Assembly (NCBI GenBank): GCA_963712745.1
Contig: CAVQJC010000019.1
Span: forward strand, 1-51,445
Length of the DNA: 51,445 nucleotides
Direction: 5' to 3'
From: an uncultured Chloroflexia bacterium
GTDB lineage: Bacteria > Chloroflexota > Limnocylindria > Limnocylindrales > CSP1-4
The notes beneath the pieces were generated by a model. It searched no databases and was not told the DNA's origin. It saw only the letters and a list, made by a program, of their open reading frames with translations. Of this stretch, positions 21,770-33,137 are shown piece by piece. Numbering within the stretch: the first letter of the stretch is position 1; the number at the start of each line of letters is the position of its first letter. A program made the translations under genes and the position numbers.

Positions 21770-21773
<4 letters not shown>
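21351..21773 (-). CDS. Hypothetical integral membrane protein (about 4 TM)
   Basis: Four hydrophobic segments; GTGA overlap with the hpt stop. Confidence 0.8.
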
Positions 21774-22327
<554 letters not shown>

Positions 22328-22366
22328 GCGCTCGCTTCTCCTCTTGTCGATCGCTGACGAAGATCG

Positions 22367-22792
22367 TCAGTCGCGGGCTTGCTCGGACTGTTGCGCTCCC
22401 GCGTGTGTGCCGGCCGCGACCTTCTTGGGCGGCGGCTGGCCCTCGATGCCGATGAGCGAGGCCGCCGCATCGAGGCGGCCGTACTTGAGCATGAGGGCCT
22501 TGAAATCACGCGCGTAGAACAGCTTGATGCGGATCATGGGATAGAGCTCACGCAGGTGGCGAAGCTTTCGGTTCTTCTTGCGCACCAGGCTCTGCTTGAG
22601 TGTGGTCAGCTCCACGTAGAGGTCGAGGTCGGGCAGGTAGAAGTCCGGTGCGAACGACTCGACGACCATGCCCTCGACGTTCCAGCGGATCGGAAACGTG
22701 TGCGGTTCGTACTGCCAGTCGACCTTGTAGTAGTCGAGGATGCGGGCCAGCTCCGCTTCACTGGCATGGGCGAAACGGGGCGGCTCGCTCAA
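22367..22792 (-). CDS. Hypothetical protein with a PD-(D/E)XK-like nuclease fold
   Basis: Motif SE..ARILD..WQYEP..F..PDFYLP..LYVELTT. TTG 22792 overlaps the upstream stop (TTGA). Confidence 0.75.
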   Translation of the reverse strand: MSEPPRFAHASEAELARILDYYKVDWQYEPHTFPIRWNVEGMVVESFAPDFYLPDLDLYVELTTLKQSLVRKKNRKLRHLRELYPMIRIKLFYARDFKALMLKYGRLDAAASLIGIEGQPPPKKVAAGTHAGAQQSEQARD

Positions 22793-23157
22793 CGCGCCTT
22801 CCCGTCGAAGCGAGCGATGAGCTGGTGGACGTCGCCGTCGAAATCGTCGAGCAGGTGGTGTGCGTCGAGCACGTCGTCGGCGGTGACGGGTGGACCATCG
22901 GGCACGGCGTCGGCATCGGCCAGGCGAGCATCGTCGGCTCGCACGAGCTCCCCGCCCTCGAGCGTGGCCGTCTCGCCGTCGACCTGGATGGTCACGATGG
23001 CCACGGCCTGCGAGCCGCAATGATCACACGACAGGTCGACGAAGAACAGCTCCTCGCGCTGCGCGATGAGGCGGATATGGCCCTGGCCGTAGGCCTGCCC
23101 ACATGCCGCGCAGGCAAAGGACGCCAGTTCGCTCGTCAACCAGCTCTCAGCGTCCAT
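22789..23157 (-). CDS. Hypothetical Zn-ribbon protein (two CxxC)
   Basis: CAACG and CDHCG motifs, acidic C-terminal helix, TACACT-N6-ATG upstream. Confidence 0.78.
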   Translation of the reverse strand: MDAESWLTSELASFACAACGQAYGQGHIRLIAQREELFFVDLSCDHCGSQAVAIVTIQVDGETATLEGGELVRADDARLADADAVPDGPPVTADDVLDAHHLLDDFDGDVHQLIARFDGKAR

Positions 23158-23229
23158 GCCCAGAGTGTACGGCGAGTGTCATGCGAGCACGTTGCGGCAC
23201 CGTTGCGGCGGAGGGCACGAATCGCAGAC

Positions 23230-23263
23230 GCAACTTCCCAAGGGCTGCAACTTCCCAAGGGCT
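23230..23263. repeat. Tandem duplication, 2 x 17 bp (GCAACTTCCCAAGGGCT)
   Basis: Exact copies at 23230-23246 and 23247-23263. Confidence 0.9.
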
Positions 23264-23278
23264 TGCGTCGCGTGGTAA

Positions 23279-23316
23279 AACGGGGCGAACCCAAAGCAAC
23301 GGGGCGAACCCAAAGC
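23279..23316. repeat. Tandem duplication, 2 x 19 bp (AACGGGGCGAACCCAAAGC)
   Basis: Exact copies at 23279-23297 and 23298-23316. Confidence 0.9.
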
Positions 23317-23338
23317 ACTTGAGGGAGGACATCTGTCT

Positions 23339-24202
23339 ATGGGCTCCAGGAGCAGGCGAGCATTCGCCGTCACCTCGTCAGCCGTGTTGGCCTTGGCCTT
23401 CGCAGCCCCCGCCGCCGGCCAGGATGCTGAACCCGACTATCTGCAGCGGATCCTGGACAAGGGCATCATCGTCATGTCGACCGACCCACTGTATCCACCG
23501 CAGTCGTTCCTGGACGATGCCGGTGAGATCGTGGGCTTCGACTTGGACGTCGGCCAGGCCATCGCGGACAAGCTGGGCGTCCAGTTCGTGCCCACACCCA
23601 CACCCTGGGACATCGTGGCCTCGGGCCGCTGGGCCGACCGCATGGACTTCAGCGTCGGTTCGATGACCATCACCCCGGAACGCGCGGAGTCCATTGACTT
23701 CACCAGGCCCTATCGCTTCGACGCAGCCGGTGTTGCCGTCCGTGACGGCGTCGAGGCCGCGAGCATCGAAGACCTCGCTGGCATGAACGTCTGCGTGGGC
23801 TCGGCCACGACGTACTTCCAGTGGCTGAACGGAACGCTCGAACTTGACCAGAGCATCGGCGCGTTCCAGGTCGAGCCGCCGTCGCCCGTGAACGTCGTCA
23901 GCCGCGAGACCGATCGCATCTGTGCTGACGAGTGGGCCTCAGGCCGATCCGACACGGACGCCTGGGTCACCTCGCAGGAGACCATCTCGCAGGCCGTCGA
24001 AGAGGGCCTGCCGGTCGTGCCCATCGGCGACGCGGTCTTCGGGGAGCCGCTGGCGGTCGCCTTCGACAACTCGGTCGAGGATAACGACTCGCTGGTCGCA
24101 CGCGTGGACGAGATCGTCGGCGAGCTGCGCGACGAGGGCGTCCTCACTGAGCTTTCCGAGAAGTGGTACGGCGTGGACCTGACCTCGCCGCCGACCCAAT
24201 GA
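23339..24202 (+). CDS. Polar amino-acid ABC transporter substrate-binding protein
   Basis: Signal peptide; motifs YPPQSF, GFDLDV, SMTITPER..IDFTRPY and LSEKWYG. GGAGG SD. Confidence 0.92.
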   Translation: MGSRSRRAFAVTSSAVLALAFAAPAAGQDAEPDYLQRILDKGIIVMSTDPLYPPQSFLDDAGEIVGFDLDVGQAIADKLGVQFVPTPTPWDIVASGRWADRMDFSVGSMTITPERAESIDFTRPYRFDAAGVAVRDGVEAASIEDLAGMNVCVGSATTYFQWLNGTLELDQSIGAFQVEPPSPVNVVSRETDRICADEWASGRSDTDAWVTSQETISQAVEEGLPVVPIGDAVFGEPLAVAFDNSVEDNDSLVARVDEIVGELRDEGVLTELSEKWYGVDLTSPPTQ

Positions 24203-24231
24203 GGTCGCTGACACATCAGTAGCCAACGACG

Positions 24232-24256
24232 GAGGGGGCGCGACGGGCGCCCCCTC
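24232..24256 (+). terminator. Intercistronic GC-rich hairpin after the SBP gene
   Basis: GAGGGGGCGC-GACGG-GCGCCCCCTC; no strong U-tract, so it may be a stabiliser or attenuator. Confidence 0.5.
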
Positions 24257-24276
24257 TCGCCATTTCTGGGGGAGTC

Positions 24277-25191
24277 ATGACCGTGACAACTCCGAGCCGG
24301 GGAGAAGGCATCGACAGGCGCGATCCCGATCCGATCGTTGCACAGATCATCGAGGCTGACCGTCGCAGGCGACTCCGTTCTCGCATCATCTTTGCCGCCA
24401 CCTGGGCGGCGATCATCGGCGGCATAGTCGCTCTCCTCGCCCTGGGGGGCGCCATCAACCTCGAGTTCCTCAACGAGGGGCCGCCCTGGTGGCGCTTCAT
24501 CCTGGGCGAAGTCTCGATCTCGACCGACGGCTTCTTCGGCATCGCCATCGGCCCATTCAAGTTCGTCATCAGCGGCGCCTTCGCGACCATCCTCATCTCG
24601 GTGGTCGCGATCACGTTCGCCATCGTCTTCGCCCTGCTCGGCAGCGTCGGCCGCCTCTCGAAGAACCCGGTCATCTACGCGGTCGCCACGCTCTATGTCT
24701 CACTAGTGCGGGGCACGCCGCTGCTGGTGCAGATCCTCTTCATCTGGCTGGCGCTACCCCAGATCTGGCAGGGCTTCGGGACCGTCGACGCACTGATCAT
24801 GGGCACCTTCGCGGTGGCCTTCAACTACGGGGCCTACATGACCGAGATCTTCCGCGCCGGCATCCAGGCCGTGCCCAACGGGCAGCGGGAGGCGGCCGCC
24901 GCGCTGGGTATGGGCGAGCGCCGGATCTTCGTCCGCATCGTGCTGCCGCAGGCCTTCCGCATCGTCATCCCGGCCATCGGCAACGAGTTCATCGCCATGA
25001 TCAAGGACACCTCCCTGCTCGCGGTCATCGGCGTCCAGGAGCTCCTCTGGAAGGCGCGTACCGTGGGCTCCCAGAACTTCAAGATGCTCGAGACGCTCAT
25101 CCTGGCAGCGCTCGTGTACTGGGTCCTGACCATCATCTTCTCGTACTTCCAGGAGCGACTGGAGAAGCGCATGGCGCGAGGTGACCGATGA
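24277..25191 (+). CDS. Polar amino-acid ABC transporter permease
   Basis: Motifs RGTPLLVQ, AYMTEIFRAGIQAV..GQREAA and NEFIAMIKDTSL. Confidence 0.94.
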   Translation: MTVTTPSRGEGIDRRDPDPIVAQIIEADRRRRLRSRIIFAATWAAIIGGIVALLALGGAINLEFLNEGPPWWRFILGEVSISTDGFFGIAIGPFKFVISGAFATILISVVAITFAIVFALLGSVGRLSKNPVIYAVATLYVSLVRGTPLLVQILFIWLALPQIWQGFGTVDALIMGTFAVAFNYGAYMTEIFRAGIQAVPNGQREAAAALGMGERRIFVRIVLPQAFRIVIPAIGNEFIAMIKDTSLLAVIGVQELLWKARTVGSQNFKMLETLILAALVYWVLTIIFSYFQERLEKRMARGDR

Positions 25192-26060
25192 GCGTTCCAC
25201 TGGGAGCGGTGGTCCTCGAGGCCACGGATATCGAGAAGTACTTCGCGAAGAATCACGTACTCCATGGTGTGAGCCTGTCGGTGCGCAGGCATGAGACGGT
25301 CATGCTCATCGGGCGCTCCGGCTCGGGCAAGACCACCTTCCTGCGCTGCCTCAATTTCCTGGAGGAGCCCACGGTCGGCTCGGTGACCATGGGTGACCTT
25401 CGGGTCGAGGCCGACCCATTGCAGAAGGCCGGCCGCGCGCGCAAGGGCGACATCCGCCAGCTGCGGCAGCAGACCGGCATGGTCTTCCAGGACTTCAACC
25501 TCTTCCCGCATATGAGCGTGCTCGAGAACCTCATCGAGGCACCCATCCACGTCAAGGGTGTCAGCAAGGACGAGGCGGTGGCGACTGCAGAGAAGTTCCT
25601 CGAGAAGGTGCAGCTCCTCGACAAGCGTGATGAGTATCCCGCGCGCATGTCCGGTGGCCAGAAGCAACGCGCCGCCATCGCTCGCGCGCTGTGCATGGAG
25701 CCGGAGGTCCTGTTGTTCGACGAGCCTACAAGCGCTCTCGACCCAGAGCTCATCGGCGAGGTCATCGTGGTCATGGAGCAGCTGGCCCACGAAGGCTCGA
25801 CGATGATCGTGGTCAGCCACGAGATGGCCTTCGCACGTGAGGCGGCCGACCGTGTCATCTACCTCGAGGGTGGCCTCATCGTCGAGGAGGGCCCGCCCGA
25901 GCAAGTGCTGGATGACCCCCAGGAGGAGGCCACCAAGCAGTTCCTGCGGCGATTCCTGACCGAGGGCGCCAAGGCGCCGCCCGCGGCTGAGGCCCAGGCC
26001 GCACCCGTCGGCGAGGAACCTCTCGGCAGCAGCCTGCACGGCCACGGGGGCGGCGGCTAG
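25188..26060 (+). CDS. Polar amino-acid ABC transporter ATPase (GlnQ-like)
   Basis: Motifs GRSGSGKTT, FQDFNLFPH, MSGGQKQR and FDEPTSALDPE. Confidence 0.95.
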   Translation: MSVPLGAVVLEATDIEKYFAKNHVLHGVSLSVRRHETVMLIGRSGSGKTTFLRCLNFLEEPTVGSVTMGDLRVEADPLQKAGRARKGDIRQLRQQTGMVFQDFNLFPHMSVLENLIEAPIHVKGVSKDEAVATAEKFLEKVQLLDKRDEYPARMSGGQKQRAAIARALCMEPEVLLFDEPTSALDPELIGEVIVVMEQLAHEGSTMIVVSHEMAFAREAADRVIYLEGGLIVEEGPPEQVLDDPQEEATKQFLRRFLTEGAKAPPAAEAQAAPVGEEPLGSSLHGHGGGG

Positions 26061-26320
26061 CGAGACGCACCTGTGCCGGCAGGGGCCTCGTGCACGACGT
26101 GCACGAATCGGACGCGCCTGGCCTCGGGGCAACCAGCGGCTTGTCATCTCCCGAACACGGGCGTCGACGGCGTGCAGCACATGGTCGAGGTCGACTCGAT
26201 GGCCGTGCCGACGGTATGACTGGTGCGCCACTCGCAAGGTCGGAGGCAGCCGGCGTCGCCTCCACTCCTCGCTGATCATCCCTGCGCCGCCGTCGACCTA
26301 GCCGGGGATCCGCAGACCTC

Positions 26321-26450
26321 CACGTCGGGTCGCACGCCGCGCACGTCGGGTCGCACGCCGCGATCCGTCGGGCCGCACGCCGCGATCCGTCGGGCCGCAC
26401 GCCGCGATACGTCGGATCGCACGCCGCGATACGTCGGACCGCACGCCGCG
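26321..26450. repeat. Intergenic VNTR, 6 x 21-22 bp (core CGTCGGRYCGCACGCCGCG)
   Basis: Units start at 26321, 26342, 26363, 26385, 26407 and 26429; contiguous, with no unique spacers. Confidence 0.9.
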
Positions 26451-26674
26451 GTCGCTTGCATCACACGCACGAGTCCGCCGCTCCTGAGCCACGACGAGTC
26501 GGTTCCTTGCGGTTGATGCACGTTGTCGTCGGTCATGTGCATGGGATGGTCGAAAGCGGTAGCCCCGCGGCCATGCACGTCGCGCTCGTGCGTCACCTGC
26601 AACACCTGCCACGGGTGCGACTGGGTCTCACGTGGGACCCGTTCGGGTGCCGTCCCCGGACGTCGAACTGACGG

Positions 26675-27388
26675 CTAGATCTCGCCAAGGTAGGAGCGAC
26701 GCACGTCCTCGTTCTGGGCCAGCTGCTCGCACGTGTCGGCCAGGATGATCCGGCCCGTCTGGAGGACGTAGCCCCGGCTGGCCACCTTCAGCGCCGTGGC
26801 CGCGTTCTGTTCCACGAGCAGGATGGCGGTGCCCTCCTCGTTGATGCGCTCGACGGTCTCGAAGATGAACTCGACGAGGTTCGGAGCCAGGCCCATCGAG
26901 GGCTCGTCGAGGAGCAGGATGCGCGGTTTGGTCATCAGGGCCCGGCCCATGGCCAGCATCTGCTGCTCCCCACCGGACAGGGTGCCCGCGACCTGGGTGC
27001 GACGCTCCTTGAGGCGCGGGAACATCTGGAAGGCGTTCTCGACACCTTCCGTGATGGTGGCCTTGTCCTCGACGGTGAAGGCTCCCATGCGGAGGTTCTC
27101 CTCGACCGTCAGGGACGCGAAGATGCGCCGACCCTCCGGAACCTGCACCACGCCTCGCGTGACCACCTGGTGCGGCGGCACGTGCGTGAGGTCCTCGCCG
27201 TCGAACACGACATCGCCCTGCTTGGGCACGAGCAGGCTGCTGATGGTATTCAGCGTCGTCGTCTTGCCGGCGCCGTTGGCGCCGATGAGCGTCACGATCT
27301 CGCCTTCGTCCACGGTCAGCGAGACGCCCTGGAGGGCGTGGATCTTGCCGTAGTACGTGTGCAGGTCGTCTATCTCGAGCAGGGCCAT
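26675..27388 (-). CDS. livF: Branched-chain amino-acid ABC ATPase LivF
   Basis: Motifs GANGAGKTT, VPEGRRIF, LSGGEQQMLA and LDEPSMGLAP. Confidence 0.93.
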   Translation of the reverse strand: MALLEIDDLHTYYGKIHALQGVSLTVDEGEIVTLIGANGAGKTTTLNTISSLLVPKQGDVVFDGEDLTHVPPHQVVTRGVVQVPEGRRIFASLTVEENLRMGAFTVEDKATITEGVENAFQMFPRLKERRTQVAGTLSGGEQQMLAMGRALMTKPRILLLDEPSMGLAPNLVEFIFETVERINEEGTAILLVEQNAATALKVASRGYVLQTGRIILADTCEQLAQNEDVRRSYLGEI

Positions 27389-27390
27389 GG

Positions 27391-28287
27391 TCAGTCGTCC
27401 TTCTCAGGCTCGGTAGCCTCGGTGTCTGCGGCTGGCGAGGGAGCGTGGGCTCCGACAGCCTCCTTCGCGGCCTCCTGGTCTTCGGGGTCCAGGTCGGGCT
27501 CGTACTCGCCCAGCACAGCCTCCGAGGCGGCCTTGCCCAGGTAGGCCTCGATGACGCGGGCGTTGCGCTGGATCTCGGCCGGCGTGCCCTCGGCGATGCG
27601 TTCGCCGTAGTCGAGCACCGTGATGCGCTCGGAGATGTCCATGACCACGCGCATCTCGTGCTCGATGAGCAGGATGGTGATGCCCAGATCATCGCGCAGC
27701 CGGCGGATGAGCGCCGTCGTCGCAGCCGTCTCGGCGGGGTTCATGCCGGCCGTGGGCTCGTCGAGCAGCAGGATGCGCGGGCGCGTGCCCAGCGCGCGGG
27801 CGATCTCGAGGCGGCGCTGGTCGCCGTAGGACATGTTGCTTGCCTGCAGGTCGTGGCGACCCTCGAGCCCGACGTAGTCGAGGAGCTGGTGCGCCTCCTC
27901 CAGCGCTGCGGCCTCCTCCTCCTTCTGGCCCCGCGTGCGCAGCACCGCCTGCACCCACGTGGACGTCAGATGCTGGTGCTCGCCCACGAGCACGTTCTCG
28001 GCGGCCGTCATGCCCCCGAAGAGGCGGATGTTCTGGTACGTCCGCGACAGGCCCATGCGGGCGATCTTGTCCGGCCGCAGCTCGTGGATGGGCTCGCCGC
28101 CAAGGGTGATGGTGCCTTCGTCGATCTGGTAGAAGCCCGCGATGCAGTTGAAGAACGTGGTCTTGCCCGCGCCGTTGGGGCCAATGACGCTGACGATGGC
28201 GCCCTCGTCGAGGTCGAAGGTCAGGTCGTTGACCGCGGTCAGGCCGCCGAATTGCTTGGTCGCGTTGCGCGCTTCGAGGAGTGCCAT
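27391..28287 (-). CDS. livG: Branched-chain amino-acid ABC ATPase LivG
   Basis: Motifs FGGLTAV, GPNGAGKTT, YGDQRRLEIARAL and VIEAYLG. Confidence 0.93.
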   Translation of the reverse strand: MALLEARNATKQFGGLTAVNDLTFDLDEGAIVSVIGPNGAGKTTFFNCIAGFYQIDEGTITLGGEPIHELRPDKIARMGLSRTYQNIRLFGGMTAAENVLVGEHQHLTSTWVQAVLRTRGQKEEEAAALEEAHQLLDYVGLEGRHDLQASNMSYGDQRRLEIARALGTRPRILLLDEPTAGMNPAETAATTALIRRLRDDLGITILLIEHEMRVVMDISERITVLDYGERIAEGTPAEIQRNARVIEAYLGKAASEAVLGEYEPDLDPEDQEAAKEAVGAHAPSPAADTEATEPEKDD

Positions 28288-28290
28288 CGC

Positions 28291-30119
28291 CTAGGCCTGC
28301 TTCGCCGCGCCCGCCGCTGGCGTGGCCGCGCCGCCGGTGCCGCCGCCGCCGCCCTCCATGACCTGGTCTTCGCGGTGCATCTCCTGGCGCCCGATGCGTG
28401 AGGGCACGAGACCCTCCGGCCGCCAGTGCATGACGGCGATGAGCGCGATGCCGTACATCAGGAAGCGGAACTCTGCGAACTCGCGGAAGAGCTCCGGCAG
28501 GCCGATGATGAAGATGGCCCCGAGGACGATGCCGGGGATGCTGCCCATGCCGCCGATGACGACGATGCAGACCACCAGGATGGAGACATCGAGGCGGATC
28601 GACGTGGGGTTGATAGAGCCGAAGAGGGCCGCGAAGCCGGCCCCGCCGAGCCCGGCGAAGGCGGCACCGAGCATGTAGGCCAGCGACTTGGTCTGCACCA
28701 GGTTCACGCCCAGCGCTTCGGCCACGTCCTCGTCCTCGCGGATGGCGATCCAGGCGCGGCCGAGCCGCGACTCGCGCAGCCGGTAGGCCACGAAGGCGAT
28801 GACCGCCGCAGACACGAGCGCCACGTAGTAGATCTGCACAGGACCCGACAGCGGGTCGGTCGCGGACACGTCGACGGGCTTGGGCACGTCGCGGATGCCG
28901 TCGGCACCACCGATCCAGGGCTTGAGCAGGTCGGAGATCGCGAGGATGCGGATGATCTCGCCGAAGGCGAGGGTGGCGATGGCCAGGTAGTCGCCGCGGA
29001 TGCCGAGGATGGGCAGGCCCAACAGCATGCCGAAGGCCATGGCCACGGCCACCGCGAACGGGATGGCCAGCCAGAACGGCCAGTCGGCGACGCCCAGGTG
29101 GCCGACCGACGTGAGCAGGCCCACCGTGTACGCGCCGACCGCGAAGAAGGCTACGAAGCCCAGGTCCAGCAGGCCGGCCAGGCCGAGCGTCACGTTCAGG
29201 CCCAGGCCCATCATCACGTAGAGGGCGATGGTCGCCACCGAGAGAGCCACGGCCGGGCCCAGCGAGAACCAGTTGGGGAAGCCGCCCACGGCCGCCGGCA
29301 GCGGGATGAGCAGGACGATTATGAGCAGGACCGTGGACATGGGCACGGCCACGGCCTGCTGCTGCCGTTTGGGCAGGCGACGCACACGTTCCATCGGCCG
29401 CAGCCAGTGGTGGATGGCGAAGAGGATGCCCGCGATGACCAGGACGGCTACGGCCCCGGTCATGGTCAGGCCATCCGATGCGAAGAGCTCGCGCGCCAGG
29501 CCCTTGAGCGCGTCCTGCTGCAGCCATGGGTTGCGCAGGATGCTCGAGAAGAGGCCCATGCCTACGAGGATGCCGACCGACGCCACCAGTAGCAGGCGGG
29601 CCTTCCGGGGCAGCAGGGCCAGGATGCCGCCGATGGCACCGAGGCTGATGCCGACGAGAGCCGGGAACCAGAAACCCTGCTCGGGCGATTCGAGGCCCAG
29701 GTACTCCGCGCCGGAGAGGAGCCTGTAGAGGGCAGGTGAAGCGTTCGGGAACCACTCCCGCAGGTTGAGGACCTCGGGCTGCCCGAGGAGGATCAGAAGC
29801 GAGAGCGCGGCCCCGCTCATGAAGCCCGTGATGGCCGAGCCGATGACCGCGTTGGTCGGTCCGGCCGGCGCCCGCCTTGCGCCCACGTAGCCAGCGGCGA
29901 TGCCCGCCAGCACCAGGAAGGTCTGGCCCAGCGTGATGACGTCGTCGATGAGGCCGCGATCCTCGAACTTGCCCACGAACCCCACCAGCACCGCGTAGAG
30001 CGCCACGCCCGCGAACAGGAGGCCAGCGAGGAACACCGAGCGCCACGGTGCCAGGCGCCCGAGGCGAGAAGTCGGTGCTGCGGGAGCCGGCGCTGCGGGC
30101 GCGGGCGCGGTGGTCTCGG

Positions 30120-30123
<4 letters not shown>
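28291..30123 (-). CDS. livM: Branched-chain amino-acid ABC permease LivM with long N-terminal membrane extension
   Basis: Motifs GLAGLLDLGFVAF, RGDYLAIATLAFGEI, GRAWIAIREDE and RPEGL. Confidence 0.9.
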
Positions 30124-31247
<1,124 letters not shown>

Positions 31248-31351
31248 CGTTCTTGTGGACCGATCGCCGACCGATCGATCAGGTATGCAGTCGTCGAGCC
31301 GGGCGACTGGCGCCGCCCGGCTCGAATCATGGTCGCTTCAGGTCCCGGCGC

Positions 31352-32575
31352 CTACGGCCAGACCTCGTCCAGGGGTGCGCGCTGGTTGTCGAAGTCTTCC
31401 TGCGAGACCAGGTAGACCGAGACGGCGTTCACGCCACACTGCCCGTACTCGTCGCAGGTGAGCGTGCCGGTCACACCCTCGAAGTCGGCGGTCGCGAAGA
31501 CGTTCTCGCGGACCTTGCCCAGGTCGATGTCCAGCGAGCCGTCCTCGTTCTCCACCGCGGCGGCTTCGATGGCGGCGAACATGAGGTTCGCGGCGTCGTA
31601 GCCCTGCGCGTGGAACGGACCTGGTGGCGGGCTGCCGACGAATTCGGTGTAGCGCTCCACGAACTCCGGATAGGCGTCGGTGAAGGCGCCGAAGCCGGAG
31701 CCGGACAGGTACATGCCCACGACGTTGGAGCCCACGGCCTCCATGAAGGCCGTGGTGGCCAGACCGTCGGAGCCGACGAGGACGGTCTCTTCGAGGCCGG
31801 CCACGTCACGCACCTGGTCGGTGATGAAGGCGCCCTCAGCCGTGAAGATGGGGAAATAAAGCGCCTGCGGGCTGCCGGTGGCGATCGAGGTCAGAGTCGG
31901 GTTCATGTCGGTCTGGCCCACGGTCACGGCCTCTGCGCCCGTGATCGTGCCGCCCAGCGCCTCGAAGTTCTGGGCGAAGACGTCGACGAGACCCGCTGCG
32001 TAGGTGGAGCCGTCGTGGATGGTCGCCACCCGGTCGAGGCCCAGGCCATTCTTGAGGAAGTCAGCCACGGCCGCGCCCTGGTCGAGGTCGCTGAACGCGG
32101 TGCGCGTGAACGCCGCGAAGGGTGGGTTGGCGGCCCGGAAGTCGGCCAGTGTGAAGTCCTTGTTGGTAGCCGACGGCGAGATGGTCGTCAGGCCCGCACC
32201 GAAGAGGGCCTCGATGCCGCCGACGGTCTCGGTCGAGCAGGCCGAGCCGAACACGCCGACCACGGTCGGGTCGGCCGCGATGACCGCGGCGGCTGCGGCG
32301 CCACCCTCCACGGAGCAGCCACCGTCCTGCGCCTCGACCTCGATCTCGTGTCCCAGGATCTCGCCCTTCTCGTCCGCAGCCAGGCGGATGGCATCCAGCC
32401 AGTCCTGGCCGAGGGCAGCGTTGGCGCCGGTGAGCACTCCGAACGTGGCCACCTTGACGGGGTCGCCATCAGGGACGTTGACGACCCGGGACTCGTCCTG
32501 GGCCGCTGCGGGTGCACTAGCGGCGGCCGCCAGCAGGCCGGTCGCGGCAAGGACACCGAGGCTCCTTCGCATCAT
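31352..32575 (-). CDS. Branched-chain amino-acid ABC substrate-binding protein (LivJ/K-like)
   Basis: Signal peptide; motifs DGGC, GSACS, ISPSATN and YDAAN. GAGGAGG upstream of ATG 32575. Confidence 0.92.
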   Translation of the reverse strand: MMRRSLGVLAATGLLAAAASAPAAAQDESRVVNVPDGDPVKVATFGVLTGANAALGQDWLDAIRLAADEKGEILGHEIEVEAQDGGCSVEGGAAAAAVIAADPTVVGVFGSACSTETVGGIEALFGAGLTTISPSATNKDFTLADFRAANPPFAAFTRTAFSDLDQGAAVADFLKNGLGLDRVATIHDGSTYAAGLVDVFAQNFEALGGTITGAEAVTVGQTDMNPTLTSIATGSPQALYFPIFTAEGAFITDQVRDVAGLEETVLVGSDGLATTAFMEAVGSNVVGMYLSGSGFGAFTDAYPEFVERYTEFVGSPPPGPFHAQGYDAANLMFAAIEAAAVENEDGSLDIDLGKVRENVFATADFEGVTGTLTCDEYGQCGVNAVSVYLVSQEDFDNQRAPLDEVWP

Positions 32576-32768
32576 CTTCCTTGATCCTCCTCTATAGGTC
32601 GAGCCACCGACATGGAGCGTCGCCCGCCTCACGTGGGCGGGCCGCATCTTCGTCGGCATGACGCGTTCCTCGGGATCCTCGATGGGTGTGGTTCACCCAC
32701 GTCCTGGCCCCCTCGTCGGTGTCACGCAAACGAGGACGCACGGTTGGCCCTCGCTCAAGCGTTGCGAC

Positions 32769-32796
32769 ATTCTAGACCGGTACAGGACGCTTGCAA
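32769..32796 (-). promoter_or_regulatory. Sigma70-type promoter of the liv operon (TTGCAA-N16-TAGAAT)
   Basis: -35 at 32796-32791 and -10 at 32774-32769 on the minus strand. Confidence 0.6.
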
Positions 32797-32945
32797 GGTC
32801 GCATCGTCGTTGAAGTGGGGCTGCGGGCCGTGCTTGAAATGCTACCTAAAAGGGTCAGACCACACACAGGGTGTTGACTCCTCGCACCACCGGCACCGAG
32901 ATCGGGGAGTCCGCGGACGTCGTTCCGCGGCTGCGAAGAATCGTA

Positions 32946-32972
32946 ACGGCCGGGGCTCCGAGCCCCGGCCGT
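32946..32972 (-). terminator. Perfect 12-bp hairpin downstream of the small lipoprotein gene
   Basis: ACGGCCGGGGCT-CCG-AGCCCCGGCCGT, followed on the minus strand by TACGATTCTT. Confidence 0.65.
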
Positions 32973-33008
32973 CGCTGGTGTGCAGTCCGGCTCACGCCGG
33001 CCCGGGGC

Positions 33009-33137
33009 TTACTCCGTGGCGGCCTCGCTCGCCGCGGGAGACCCGGCCGGAGCTTCGGTGGCGTCGTCGTTGTTGTCGCAGGCGACGACAGCGAAGGCGA
33101 AGACAAGGGCAGCCAGCAGAGCGGTGATCTTCTTCAT
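33009..33137 (-). CDS. Small 42-aa putative lipoprotein
   Basis: MKKITALLAALVFAFAVVA-C-DNNDDATEAPAGSPAASEAATE; AAGGAGG SD; lipobox-like VVAC; downstream hairpin. Confidence 0.8.
   Translation of the reverse strand: MKKITALLAALVFAFAVVACDNNDDATEAPAGSPAASEAATE

Noticed and set aside
26321-26450. Possible CRISPR array
   Set aside because: The units are contiguous with no unique spacers, and there are no cas genes; it is a VNTR.
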